Assembly (NCBI GenBank): GCA_963713865.1
Contig: OY970208.1
Coordinates: 1,088,001 to 1,152,000 of the forward strand
From: an uncultured candidate division Zixibacteria bacterium
GTDB taxonomy: Bacteria; Zixibacteria; MSB-5A5; RBG-16-43-9
Reading direction: 5' to 3'
Length of the DNA stretch: 64,000 bases
The position numbers and the translations under genes are program-made. This document shows positions 37,155 to 47,198 of this stretch, in pieces. A model generated the notes under the pieces. It was not told where the DNA came from, ran no database searches, and saw only the letters and a list, made by a program, of their open reading frames with translations. Each line of letters opens with the position of its first letter. Position 1 is the stretch's first letter.

Positions 37155-38054
37155 CTATTTATGCGGTTTTTCTCTAGGATGATGGTCCAGGTGTTCCTGC
37201 TTTATAAATTCCCGGTCAATATGAGTATAGACCTGCGTAGTAGATATATCGGCATGTCCTAACATCTCCTGCACTGCCCTTAAGTCTGCTCCACCTTCCA
37301 AAAGATGGGTGGCAAATGAATGCCTGATCGTATGGGGGGTAACTCTTTTTTTGATCCCAGCGAGAAGTATGTATCTCTTTATAATCTTCCAGGCTCCCAT
37401 GCGGGATAATTTCTTACCTCTCCAGTTCAAAAACATAATGTCTTCGGATGAGGGCTTGGCTAAATGCGGCCGGGAGTATTTTAAATACTTTCTTAATGCT
37501 CTTTTCCCTTTGTTGCCAATTGGAATGAACCTTTCCTTGTTACCCTTACCAATTATTCGGACCCAACCAACCTCTGGGAGAAAATTCTTTCTTGTAAAAT
37601 TGATCATCTCAGAGATCCTTACCCCTGTAGCATAAAGAAATTCTAAGATTGCCTGATCTCTCCATCCCAAATAATCTTTTGGATAGGGTAGCTCCAATAT
37701 CTTTTTCATCTCATCTACGGTCAAAGTCCCAGGTAATCTTCTCCCTATCTTTGGAGAGTCGATGGTCTCAGTCGGGTTAGAATCAGAGTAGTCTTCATTC
37801 AAAAGGTAGGTATGAAAACTTTTGATCGCTGAAAGATTTCTGGAGATAGAAGTGGACTTGAGTTTTTTTCGGTAAAGTCTCAATATAAATTCGCTTATGT
37901 CCTCCGGTCTTATAGCCTTAAGATCAGGGATATTCTTCTTCTTCAGGAATTTAAAATACTTATGCAGGTCTAAACGGTAGCTCTCCAGGGTGTTTTGAGA
38001 TAAACCCCGGGATAGGTGCAGATGATGAAGAAACTCCTCTAACCTTTTCTGCAT
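37155..38054 (-). CDS. xerD: Site-specific tyrosine recombinase XerD
   Basis: 'LYATGVRISE', 'GKGNKER', 'TPHTIRHSFATHLLEGGADLRAVQEMLGHADISTTQVYTH'. Confidence 0.92.
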   Translation of the reverse strand: MQKRLEEFLHHLHLSRGLSQNTLESYRLDLHKYFKFLKKKNIPDLKAIRPEDISEFILRLYRKKLKSTSISRNLSAIKSFHTYLLNEDYSDSNPTETIDSPKIGRRLPGTLTVDEMKKILELPYPKDYLGWRDQAILEFLYATGVRISEMINFTRKNFLPEVGWVRIIGKGNKERFIPIGNKGKRALRKYLKYSRPHLAKPSSEDIMFLNWRGKKLSRMGAWKIIKRYILLAGIKKRVTPHTIRHSFATHLLEGGADLRAVQEMLGHADISTTQVYTHIDREFIKQEHLDHHPREKPHK

Positions 38055-38084
38055 TTTTTAAGATATCTATCCTTTCTTCTTGTA

Positions 38085-38146
38085 TAGAGACGCATGCGAT
38101 GCGTCTCTACACCAGGAGGTAGGGGTGTATGGCAATACGCCCCTAC
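38085..38146. repeat. Two tandem REP-like palindromes
   Basis: TAGAGACGCATGCGATGCGTCTCTAC and GTAGGGGTGTATGGCAATACGCCCCTAC. Confidence 0.8.
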
Positions 38147-39909
38147 AATACTTTTATCACAATCATGGTGAAATCATCCTGTCCAGGCTTATTCTCGGTG
38201 AACTCTTTTATCTCCTGGTAGATTTTATCCTGGATCTGGATGGCTTTTAAAGCATAATTTTCCAGAAGTATTTCTTCTAGTCTTTTTGTTCCGAACTCCT
38301 CTCCCGCTTTATTTTCAGCCTCGGTTACACCGTCAGTATAGAATAAGATAAGGTCACCCGGATTCAGACCTAATACCATTTCCTTGTAATCATGATTCCG
38401 AAGAATACCCAGAGCTACTCCCCCTTCAGTCAGATACTCGATTGTGCCTTCCTCTCTCCTCAAAATCGGAGGATTATGTCCAGCATTGGAGAAGGTGAAG
38501 ACTTTATTTTTTATATCTAAAACTCCATAGACTGCGGTAACGTAGTTTTCTCTTTCTATGCTTTCATACAGCAGATTATTAACCTTAAAAAAGATAGTAC
38601 CGATAGCATAATTATTTCTTATCTCCGCCTTCAAACTTGCACGGAAAGAAGCCATAATCAACGCTGCAGGTATCCCTTTGCCCGAGACGTCCCCTATAGC
38701 TATTCCGATCTGGTCTTCGACTATAGGAATGAAATCGTAATAATCTCCACCCACCTGCTCAGAAGGTATATTTATCCCTGAGATATCTAAACCAGCCAGC
38801 TCCGGATCTTTTGGAGGAAGAAAACTCTGCTGAATCTTTCGGGCGATCAGAAGTTCTTCCTCCAGTTTTTTCTTTATCAGGATTTCTTCATGCAATCTGG
38901 TCCTCTCTATAGCCACGGCACAATGACTGGCAAAAGCGGTTAAGAGGTTCAGATCCCCATAATCATAAGAGTTCACCCGATTGCTCTCCAGATTGAAAAC
39001 CCCGATAGTCCTTTGGTCGGTTATAATCGGTGCCACTATCTCAGATTTAGTCTCGTGTCGAGCCTCAATATATCTCGTATCTTTTTCCACATCCGGGACG
39101 ATCACGGTCTGTCTATTCACCGCTACCCAGCCAACCAATCCTTGACCTAACTTTAATATTAAATCTGGCTCTATGGCTGGATCGAACCCCTTGGTTTTTA
39201 TCTCGCCCACCTCCTTTTTTTCCTTATCTATCAGGAAAATGGCGGCGGCATCATATTTCACCAGTCTTTTCAAGGAATCTAAGATCAATTCCAGAACCTC
39301 ATCTAAATTCAGGGAAGAGGAGATTAACCGGTCAACGTCTAAAAGGATTTCCTTTTCCATTGTTTCCTTTTTAGCTTTGCGATAGAGGTAGGAGTTGTCC
39401 AGAGCGATTGCCACCTGGTCGGCTAAGGAGGAGAAAATCTTTAAATCGTCAGGAGTAAATTCCTTACCGTGAAGTTTATTCATCGCCACCACCACTCCAA
39501 AGAGCTTCTCTCTTCTTAAAAGGGGAACGCAGATTAGCGAATCTATCCTGAACCCGAACTTTTCTTCTAATTCTGCTGAAAAGCGGCGGTCTTTTCGTGC
39601 CTGGTTAGCGATCACCGGTTTCTGGTTTAGTGCTACCCAGCCTGAAATCCCCTGGCCCAGTTTCAAGGATAAATTTTTTCGCTCCCCTTCTTTTTTCCCG
39701 CTATAGAGATAGAGATTTAGCTCCTGAGTTTTTTTGTCTAAAAGGGAGATAGAGCTGAAAGAGGCTTCCATAGCTTTGGTGATTAACTCTAAGATTATAT
39801 CCAAAAGCTCCTCCAGCTCAAGGGTAGAATTTAAAAGCTTGGAGGTTTCCATGAAAACACATCTTTCCGGATGATAGATGATTTTCTCTTCTGTATTTTT
39901 CTGTTCCAT
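38143..39909 (-). CDS. GAF-GAF-SpoIIE/RsbU PP2C phosphatase
   Basis: Two GAF domains, 'VGGDYYDF', 'IGDVSGKG', 'NAGH', 'YTDGVTEA', 'QDDFT'. Confidence 0.92.
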   Translation of the reverse strand: MEQKNTEEKIIYHPERCVFMETSKLLNSTLELEELLDIILELITKAMEASFSSISLLDKKTQELNLYLYSGKKEGERKNLSLKLGQGISGWVALNQKPVIANQARKDRRFSAELEEKFGFRIDSLICVPLLRREKLFGVVVAMNKLHGKEFTPDDLKIFSSLADQVAIALDNSYLYRKAKKETMEKEILLDVDRLISSSLNLDEVLELILDSLKRLVKYDAAAIFLIDKEKKEVGEIKTKGFDPAIEPDLILKLGQGLVGWVAVNRQTVIVPDVEKDTRYIEARHETKSEIVAPIITDQRTIGVFNLESNRVNSYDYGDLNLLTAFASHCAVAIERTRLHEEILIKKKLEEELLIARKIQQSFLPPKDPELAGLDISGINIPSEQVGGDYYDFIPIVEDQIGIAIGDVSGKGIPAALIMASFRASLKAEIRNNYAIGTIFFKVNNLLYESIERENYVTAVYGVLDIKNKVFTFSNAGHNPPILRREEGTIEYLTEGGVALGILRNHDYKEMVLGLNPGDLILFYTDGVTEAENKAGEEFGTKRLEEILLENYALKAIQIQDKIYQEIKEFTENKPGQDDFTMIVIKVL

Positions 39910-39990
39910 CTTTTTTGCTTTCGAGAAATTTACGACAACTTATTTAATACGATTCAACCTGTCAATCTGTTTTTTTCTTAAAATCCCAGA

Positions 39991-40172
39991 AACTCACCCT
40001 AAATCCCTCTTTTAAAAAGAGAGGGACTTATTTCCCCCTTCTCTTTTTAAGTCGTAGATCCCGCTCTTCGACAGACTCAGGGTGGTAAGCGAAGTTCAAC
40101 CACTAAAAGCGGGGAGAAAGGGAAAGCGGGATGAGTTTAGCATAATAACGCAGATTCAAGTCTGCGGTTACC
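39991..40172. repeat. Nested palindromic repeat cluster
   Basis: An outer AACTCACCC...GGGATGAGTT element encloses CCCGCT...AGCGGG, which encloses a TTCGAC..CTCA-type element. Confidence 0.65.
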
Positions 40173-40331
40173 ACTAAACTTTACTCAGATGTTACATAAA
40201 ATATGTCGAAAAAATTTTCCCACTTCAAGAAATTATTATTTATATTAGTGAGTTGATTAGTCTGGTTTAAAAGATTTTAATCCAGGATACTGGACTACTT
40301 AAAATTTAAAAATGTCTTCAAAGGATAATAT

Positions 40332-41430
40332 ATGAACGAACCAAAGAAAACCCCTTTTTACAAGATCCATCTGGATAACAAGGCAAAGATGGTGGAGTTT
40401 GCCGGATACTGGATGCCAATACAGTTCAAGGGGATAATGGAGGAGCACCGCAGGGTAAGGTCTACGGTCGGGCTTTTTGACATCACCCATATGGGAGAGT
40501 TTGAAGTGAGGGGAAAAGATTCTCTTGCTTTTCTGCAGAAGATGACCACTAATGACGTTTCCAAGCTTTCGGATTATCAGGTGCAGTACTCCTGTATGTG
40601 CTATGACGATGGCGGGATCGTGGATGATCTTCTGGTCTATAGATTACCGGACCGATTCTTTTTAGTGGTGAATGCAGCAAATATGGAAAAGGATTTTAAC
40701 TGGCTAAAAAGTCATCTTTTCGGGGATGTTAAATTAGAGGATTTAAGTGACCAGAACCGCACTTTTAGCTATTCAGGGACCAGTGGCGGAAAAGGTTATG
40801 GCGAAATTGACTTCTGTTGATTTGAAAAAGCTTCAATTCTACTGGGCAGCTAAGGGGAAAGTCACAGGGAAAGAGATACTTTTTTCCAGAACAGGATATA
40901 CCGGAGAAGATGGCTTTGAACTCTATATGCCCAACGAGTATGGTGAACACTTCTGGAATGCAATTATGCAGGCAGGTAAAGAGTTCGGAATGGAGCAAAT
41001 CGGACTTGGCGCCAGAGATTCCTTGAGGCTGGAGATGAAATATATGCTTTACGGAAACGATATAGACAAAACCACAAATCCCCTGGAAGCAGGGCTTGGC
41101 TGGATCGTCAAATTAGATAAAGGTGATTATACTGGTAAAGAGCCGACCCTTAAATTAAAAGAGAAAGGGATAAGAAGAAAGCTGGTTGCCTTTGAGCTTT
41201 CAGATAAAGCTTTTCCACGCCAGCATTACCCCGTAGAAAAGGATGGGAAAAAGATAGGCGAGGTAACTTCTGGCACATTTTCCCCTTCCTTAGAAAAAGG
41301 TATTGGATTAGGGTATGTGGAGGTAGGATACTCTGAGATCGGGACAAAACTGGATATAAATATCCGGGGTAAGAGCTTAGCAGCAGTGATAATTAAACCA
41401 CCATTTTACAAAGATTATACTCATAAATAA
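40332..41430 (+). CDS. gcvT: Glycine cleavage system aminomethyltransferase, +1 frameshift at about 40755
   Basis: 'KTPFY..MVEFAGYWMP', 'GLFDITHMGE', 'SRTGYTGEDGFE', 'GLGARDSLRLE'. The halves join as DLSDQTALLAIQGP. Confidence 0.92.
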
Positions 41431-41432
41431 AA

Positions 41433-42161
41433 ATGAAAATTGGCCTTTTTTTTACTCCAAATGAAGTCAGGGAAGAGGAATTAAAGAATCGAACCGTTTT
41501 AGTGATCGATGTTTTAAGGGCATCTACCACTATTGCCTATGCTTTGCATAACGGATGCAAGGGGATTATCCCAGCTAACTCGATTGATGGGGCGATTGAC
41601 TTGTCCAAGAAAATAGGGAGAGATTCTGCCCTTTTATGCGGTGAAAGGGAGGGTATAAAGATAGAAGGGTTTGACCTGGGGAACTCTCCTTTTGAATATG
41701 AAGCCGAAAAGATCAAGGATAAAACCCTGATCTTTGCTACTACCAACGGCTCCAAAGCGATTGTAAAAGGTTCAAATGCCAATTTTTTAACAGTTGGCTC
41801 CTTTGTCAATTTCCAATCAACTTTTAACTATATTTCCTCCAGCCCAAATGACCTAACAATTATCTGCTCAGGGAAACTGGACCAATTCGCCATAGAGGAT
41901 GTAGTCTGTGGTGGGTTATATGTAAGCTCCTTCTTAAAAGAAGGAAAGTACGAGTTAAATGATGCGGCTTTTGCAGCTCTTAATCTTTATGAGAGATATA
42001 AAAATAATCTTTTAGAGATGTTGAAAGAATCCTCTCACGGCAGGTATCTAATCGAACTGGGGTTTGAAAAAGATTTATATTTATGCGCTGAGCTTAATTC
42101 CCTGAAAGTAATTCCTCTATTGGACCAAGGCAAGCTGATTAGCTACAATAATAATACATAG
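41433..42161 (+). CDS. comB: 2-phosphosulfolactate phosphatase family protein
   Basis: 'VIDVLRASTT', 'LCGEREG..GFDLGNSP', 'TTNGS', 'EDVVCGG'. Confidence 0.88.
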   Translation: MKIGLFFTPNEVREEELKNRTVLVIDVLRASTTIAYALHNGCKGIIPANSIDGAIDLSKKIGRDSALLCGEREGIKIEGFDLGNSPFEYEAEKIKDKTLIFATTNGSKAIVKGSNANFLTVGSFVNFQSTFNYISSSPNDLTIICSGKLDQFAIEDVVCGGLYVSSFLKEGKYELNDAAFAALNLYERYKNNLLEMLKESSHGRYLIELGFEKDLYLCAELNSLKVIPLLDQGKLISYNNNT

Positions 42162-42175
42162 CAAAGAAAGTCAAG

Positions 42176-42598
42176 ATGAAAGATAAAAAGGATATTTACA
42201 GGATTCTGGATGCTAATCTGAATCGTGCGCGTGAGGGTTTAAGAGTAGTGGAAGAGGTAGTTCGATTCCTGTGGAAGGATGAAAAACTTTCCAAAAAATT
42301 GAAAAGCCTAAGACACAGGATAACCAAAATCTCTCAGGAGAATTTCGATCAGAAGCTTCTTCTGAAATACCGGGATAGCCAGAGTGATTTAGGAGCGAAA
42401 GGAATGGGTTTTTACGAGGGCAAAAGAAAAGATGTGACGACGATTGTGCAGGCAAACCTGAGAAGGACCGAAGAGGCTTTAAGGGTTTTGGAGGAGTTCG
42501 GGAAGCTGATAAAAAAAGATTCGGCTGAGTCTTTTAAAAATCTGAGGTTTAAAATCTATACCTTAGAAAAGGAGATTTGGAGTAAGTTGAAGGAATAA
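42176..42598 (+). CDS. Stand-alone ThiD2-like domain (N-terminal domain of long ThiE proteins)
   Basis: 'RILDANLNRAREGLRVVEE', 'ANLRRTEEALRVLEEF', 'RFKIYTLEK'. Confidence 0.8.
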   Translation: MKDKKDIYRILDANLNRAREGLRVVEEVVRFLWKDEKLSKKLKSLRHRITKISQENFDQKLLLKYRDSQSDLGAKGMGFYEGKRKDVTTIVQANLRRTEEALRVLEEFGKLIKKDSAESFKNLRFKIYTLEKEIWSKLKE

Positions 42599-42605
42599 AA
42601 TCATC

Positions 42606-42651
42606 TGTTATTGCGAGGAATCCTGATGTATGCGGGACGACGAAGCAATCT
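42606..42651. repeat. TGTCATTGCGAGG...GAAGCAATCT-type dispersed repeat (inverted copy at about 52401-52445)
   Basis: TGTTATTGCGAGGA...CGACGAAGCAATCT versus AGATTGCTTCGTCG...TCCTCGCAATTACA. Confidence 0.7.
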
Positions 42652-42692
42652 GCGTTTGTGTCCATCCTGATTTCTTTTACATCAAATTTATC

Positions 42693-42721
42693 TTGACTAC
42701 GTAAAAAGGAGCTATTATTAT
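42693..42721 (+). promoter_or_regulatory. Putative sigma-70 promoter
   Basis: TTGACT-N17-TATTAT upstream of the aldolase gene. Confidence 0.5.
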
Positions 42722-42785
42722 CTTTCGAGTCCTATGGTTTAGAATTGGGACGGTTTAACACCTGAATGATTCTTCCAGAAAAAAT

Positions 42786-43439
42786 ATGAGCACAATTCTT
42801 AAAACTAAAAAGGAAATAATAGAGATAGGGAAAAGGATGTATAATAAAGGGTATGTGGTGGCATCTGAGGGAAATATGAGTATCCGGCTGGGGGAAAATA
42901 AAATTCTGATCACTCCATCTGGTAAAAATAAAGGATTGCTTAAGGAGAAGGACTTAGTTGTAGTTGACCTGAAAGGAAAAAAACTTTCCGGTCCGCAGGA
43001 TCCAAATTCGGAAAATTTAAAACCTTCTTCTGAGCTTTTAATGCATCTTTTCGTCTATCAGAAAAGGAAAGATGTCAGTGCAGTGGTGCATGCTCATCCT
43101 CCCTATTCCTTAGCTTTTGCCTCTGCTCATCTTCCTTTAGCCCGAAATTTATTGCCGGAAGTGATTATGTTCTTAGGGGAAATTCCTTTAGCTGCTTATG
43201 CTACTCCCTCTACTGAAGAGGTCCCAAAATCTTTATCTTCATTCATAGAGAAGCATAATGCTTTCCTGCTTGAAAATCACGGGGTCTTAATCCTGGGTAA
43301 AGATATATTTGAAGCTTATAGTCGTCTGGAGATGGTAGAGCATTTAGCTGAGGTTAATTTATTATGCAGAATTTTAGGGAAAACAGAAGAGCTATCAAAA
43401 GAATCTTTAGATAAATTAGAAAAGTTGAAAAGGATATGA
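42786..43439 (+). CDS. Class II aldolase/adducin family protein (FucA-like)
   Basis: 'EGNMS', 'ITPSG', 'KPSSE..MH', 'VHAHP', 'LENHG'. Confidence 0.9.
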   Translation: MSTILKTKKEIIEIGKRMYNKGYVVASEGNMSIRLGENKILITPSGKNKGLLKEKDLVVVDLKGKKLSGPQDPNSENLKPSSELLMHLFVYQKRKDVSAVVHAHPPYSLAFASAHLPLARNLLPEVIMFLGEIPLAAYATPSTEEVPKSLSSFIEKHNAFLLENHGVLILGKDIFEAYSRLEMVEHLAEVNLLCRILGKTEELSKESLDKLEKLKRI

Positions 43440-44633
43440 GAAAAGTTATAGTGGAAAAAGCCGAAAGGTTAGAGAAGATCCCACCTTACCCCTTGTTTGA
43501 CATCAATCGAACCCTGAAGAGGCTGGATAAAAAAGGAGTGGAGATAATCGATTTAGGTCGATTCGATCCTGCTTTTTCTTTACCTGATTCAATTCAAAAG
43601 GTCTTGTCTTCGCTTTATACTAAAGAGAACTTCAGTTATGCCGAAGCTTCTGAGGTCTTAAAATTAAAAGAGATTTTTTCTGTTCTGGTTCAAAAAAAGA
43701 TATGGGATTCTGTTAAATCCTAAAACCGAGATTTTATTCTATACAAGCAAAAGAGAAATTATAGCTCAATTATCCCTCTTTTTCATCAACCCGGGGGATA
43801 AGGTTTTCATAACTGAGCCTTCCAGTCAGATTTACAAAGGTTGTACCCTGTTAGCTGAAGGAGAGATAGAAGTCCTTCCTCTTTTAGAAAGGAACGATTA
43901 TCTTCCGAATTTAAACCCTCTAAAAGGTCAAAGTAAAAATAAGCGTAAGTTTTTCTTTTTAAACTTTCCTCATAATCCTACGGGTTCTTTAGCTGATCTT
44001 TTTTTCTATCAAGAATTAGTCGAGATAGCTTTAAAAAATAATATCCGAATAGTACAGGATGCTACCTATAACGAAATCTATTTTGATGAGCATTTACCTC
44101 CCAGTCTGATGCAGGTTGAAGATGGTAAAAAGGTTGGAGTGGAATTGCATTCGCTTTCAGCTGGCACAGGTCTTTCAGGATTAGATTGTGGTTTTATAGT
44201 TGGGAACAGGGAGATGATCTTCGGGCTGGATTCCCAGAACAAACTGTTTAGCCAAAGGCAGAACAGGTTTATACTTAAATTAGCTGAAGCTCTTCTGCAG
44301 GAATATGAGTCGGTAATAAGCAGGAACCGGAATGAGTATAAAATTAGAAGAGATATTATGATAGAAATCCTTTTGGGTTTGGGCTGGAGAGCAAAGAAAC
44401 CCAAGGCAACGCCATTTTTCTGGGCTCAAATACCTGGCAGGTATTCATCCTTAGGTTTTTGCCGGATGCTTTTGAGGAGGACCGGAGTCTTAGCTTCTCC
44501 AGGTATAGAATATGGAGGAATTGGAGAGGGTTTTATCCGGCTTAGCTTGAATCAGCCTAAGGAAAAGCTTAAAGAGGCAGGGGAAAGGATAAAAGACCAT
44601 TTCCATATCTGGCAGAAGAAGTACCGGAGCTAA
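43436..44633 (+). CDS. Class I/II aminotransferase-like protein (LL-DAP aminotransferase-like), +1 frameshift at about 43683 and no catalytic Lys
   Basis: 'ERLEKIPPY', 'INPGD', 'NFPHNPTG', 'QDATYNEI', 'HSLSAG' (Lys absent), 'GEGFIRLSL'. Confidence 0.8.
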
Positions 44634-44637
44634 AGAG

Positions 44638-44994
44638 ATGGGTATAATCAGACTGCATAATATGATCTTCTACGGGTTTCACGGGGTTTCTTCTGCTGAA
44701 AAGGAGACGGGTAGGAGATTTGAGGTGGATCTGGAGCTTTCCTTAGATTTATCCAGGGCAGAGCAAAGTGACAGATTGAAAGACACAGTAAATTATAAGG
44801 AGGTCTATCAGACTGTAAATGAGATTATTACTGGAGAACACTTTTCCCTTATAGAGGCGCTTGCCAGCCGCATAGCGGATGCTGTATTACTAAAGTTTAA
44901 ACCTGATCTGGTCAGGGTAAAGGTAAGGAAGAAGATACCTCCAGTACCGGGTAATTTAGATGACATCGAAGTAGAGATCGAAAGAAAGAAGTAG
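44638..44994 (+). CDS. folB: Dihydroneopterin aldolase
   Basis: 'FYGFHGV..EKETGRRFEVD', 'DTVNY', 'LIEALA'. Confidence 0.93.
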   Translation: MGIIRLHNMIFYGFHGVSSAEKETGRRFEVDLELSLDLSRAEQSDRLKDTVNYKEVYQTVNEIITGEHFSLIEALASRIADAVLLKFKPDLVRVKVRKKIPPVPGNLDDIEVEIERKK

Positions 44995-45019
44995 ATTTAA
45001 TATAAAGGAAGCGTGGAAA

Positions 45020-45520
45020 TTGGCAATCGTTTATCTCGGTCTGGGCTCGAATAAAGGGGATAGGGAAAAAAGTCTAAATCTGGCTTTAAAAGAGCTAAAA
45101 AGTTTAAAGCCTATTAAAATCCTAAAAATTTCATCTATCTACGAGACCGAGCCGGTGGGCTTTAAAGCTCAAAACTGGTTTCTAAATGCAGCGGTTAAAA
45201 TTAAGACCAAACTACCCCCCTTGGAACTATTCTATACCCTGCAGGGGATAGAAAGAAAAATGGGCAGAAGGAAAGGGAAAAGATGGGGTCCCAGAAAAAT
45301 AGACCTGGATATGCTCCTTTTTGACAGGATAGTTATGAAAGATGATAAACTCATCCTTCCCCATCCAGAGATGCACAAAAGAAGATTCGTCTTAATCCCT
45401 TTGATAGAATTAGGCGTAAGGTGGAAACACCCGGTTTTGAATTTGACTCCTAAAAGGCTTTTGGAGAATATTGAGAAAGTTCAGGAGATAAAATTATTTA
45501 AATCCTGCGGATCAAAATAG
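45020..45520 (+). CDS. folK: 2-amino-4-hydroxy-6-hydroxymethyldihydropteridine pyrophosphokinase
   Basis: 'YLGLGSN', 'YETEP', 'WGPRKIDLDML', 'LPHP..RRFVL'. Confidence 0.93.
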   Translation: MAIVYLGLGSNKGDREKSLNLALKELKSLKPIKILKISSIYETEPVGFKAQNWFLNAAVKIKTKLPPLELFYTLQGIERKMGRRKGKRWGPRKIDLDMLLFDRIVMKDDKLILPHPEMHKRRFVLIPLIELGVRWKHPVLNLTPKRLLENIEKVQEIKLFKSCGSK

Positions 45521-45527
45521 GAAGGAA

Positions 45528-46169
45528 ATGGCAGAGTTAAATTATATTGTTATAGAGGGGGCAATCGGGGCTGGAAAAACCAGCCTAGCTCAGCTTTTAG
45601 CTGAAAGGTTCGGAGCTTCTCTGGTATTAGAGGAAGTGGAGAAAAATCCTTTCTTAATGGATTTTTATAAAGACCGAAAAAGGTTTGCCTTTCAGACTCA
45701 GGTTTATTTTCTTTTGTCCAGGTTCAAACAGCAACAGGAGCTGCTGGAAAGGGACCTTTTCAGATCCAGGGTGATAAGCGATTACCTATTCTGGAAAGAC
45801 CGGATCTTCGCCTCCATAACTCTGAGCGAGAGGGAGCTTTATTTGTATGAAAAAATATTGCCCATATTGGAAAAAGACATATCCAAACCTGATCTGGTAA
45901 TTTATCTGCAAACCGCACCAGAGCTTCTACTTAAAAGAATCAAAGAAAAGGGAAGAGATTTTGAAAAGAGTTTGGATTCTGAATATATCTCTCATCTGGT
46001 GGAATCATATAACCATTTCTTTTTTCATTACAATTCAAGCCCTCTTTTGGTGGTGAAAAATGATAATTTAGACTTACAGCGAAAGCCAGGACAATTAGAG
46101 GACTTGATAAATATAATCAAAGAACAGAAAGAAGGGACCAGGTATTACGTGCCTGCAGTTGAAGGATGA
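45528..46169 (+). CDS. Deoxynucleoside kinase
   Basis: 'IEGAIGAGKT', 'NPFL..FY', 'Q.YFLLSRF.Q', 'PDLVIYL'. Confidence 0.9.
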   Translation: MAELNYIVIEGAIGAGKTSLAQLLAERFGASLVLEEVEKNPFLMDFYKDRKRFAFQTQVYFLLSRFKQQQELLERDLFRSRVISDYLFWKDRIFASITLSERELYLYEKILPILEKDISKPDLVIYLQTAPELLLKRIKEKGRDFEKSLDSEYISHLVESYNHFFFHYNSSPLLVVKNDNLDLQRKPGQLEDLINIIKEQKEGTRYYVPAVEG

Positions 46170-47026
46170 ACTTTATGCCAGTTGACAAAAATCTTACAGC
46201 AGCTACGCCGGGCAAAGCTCCTCGGAGAGAAGAAAAAGTTACGGTTAAGACTTTCCTCAAGATGAAACAGAAGGGGGAAAAGATTGTTATCTTAACTGCT
46301 TATGATTTTTTCACTGCTAAAATCCTGGATGAGCTTGGAATAGATTCTATCTTAGTGGGAGATTCAGCCAACATGGTCTTTTACGGGGTAAAGAATACCC
46401 TTTCTATAACTTTAGAGCAAATGCTCTATCATACTAAAGCGGTCTCAAGTGCAGTTAAAAGAGCACTGGTCATAGGAGATATGCCCTTTCTATCCTATCA
46501 AACTTCAATTTCAGAGGCGATTTTGAATGCAGGGAGATTTTTGAAAGAGGGAGGGGCGGAGGGGGTAAAGATCGAAGGGGGAATAGAGATGGTTGAGACA
46601 GTCAAAAGGCTCATAGAAGTCGGGATACCAGTAATGGGCCATATCGGGATGACCCCTCAATCGACTGGTAAATTTGGAGGCTATTCTGTGCAGGGGAAAA
46701 ATGAGAAAGGGGCACAATATCTTTTAGATAGTGCTAAAGCCCTGGAAGAGGCGGGCTGTTTCTCTATAGTCTTAGAATGTATTCCGAAAGAGCTGGCAAA
46801 AAAGATAACATCTACCCTTAAAATTCCTACCATCGGAATCGGTGCGGGACTGGATTGCGATGGACAGGTGTTAGTAGTTAATGATATCTTGGGACTTTAT
46901 GAAGAGTTTAAACCCAAATTCGTAAGAAGATATGCGGAACTGGCTAAAGAGATAAGAAAAGCCTGCAAGAATTTCATAGAGGATGTGAAAGCTAAAAAAT
47001 ATCCTGCCGAAGAGGAGAGTTATTGA
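46166..47026 (+). CDS. panB: 3-methyl-2-oxobutanoate hydroxymethyltransferase
   Basis: 'LTAYD', 'LVGDS', 'VKIEGG', 'GHIGMTPQ', 'IGIGAG..CDGQVLV'. Confidence 0.95.
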   Translation: MNFMPVDKNLTAATPGKAPRREEKVTVKTFLKMKQKGEKIVILTAYDFFTAKILDELGIDSILVGDSANMVFYGVKNTLSITLEQMLYHTKAVSSAVKRALVIGDMPFLSYQTSISEAILNAGRFLKEGGAEGVKIEGGIEMVETVKRLIEVGIPVMGHIGMTPQSTGKFGGYSVQGKNEKGAQYLLDSAKALEEAGCFSIVLECIPKELAKKITSTLKIPTIGIGAGLDCDGQVLVVNDILGLYEEFKPKFVRRYAELAKEIRKACKNFIEDVKAKKYPAEEESY

Positions 47027-47198
47027 GTAGCAAGGAGTTAGGGAAAAAGATTACTCAGGCATCTTTAGATGAACTCTATTATTATAGAATACTTTCAAGG
47101 GATTTGGGTTTTATTCAGGATAGTAAGAACTCTATGAACCAAATCGAAGAGACAGCAAAATGTTATCAGGGTTAATAAAATCTATTAAGACAAGATAA
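47023..47198 (+). pseudogene. Remnant of a four-helix-bundle (23S rRNA IVP-like) gene
   Basis: Reads ITQASLDELYYYRILSRDLGFI..QIEETAK, then after a frameshift MLSGLIKSIK. The N-terminal two-thirds is missing. Confidence 0.7.

Noticed and set aside
33684-38054. Integron (tyrosine recombinase plus attC-like hairpins)
   Set aside because: The recombinase looks like ordinary XerD with no IntI-specific insertion, and the hairpins fit terminators rather than attC R/L boxes.
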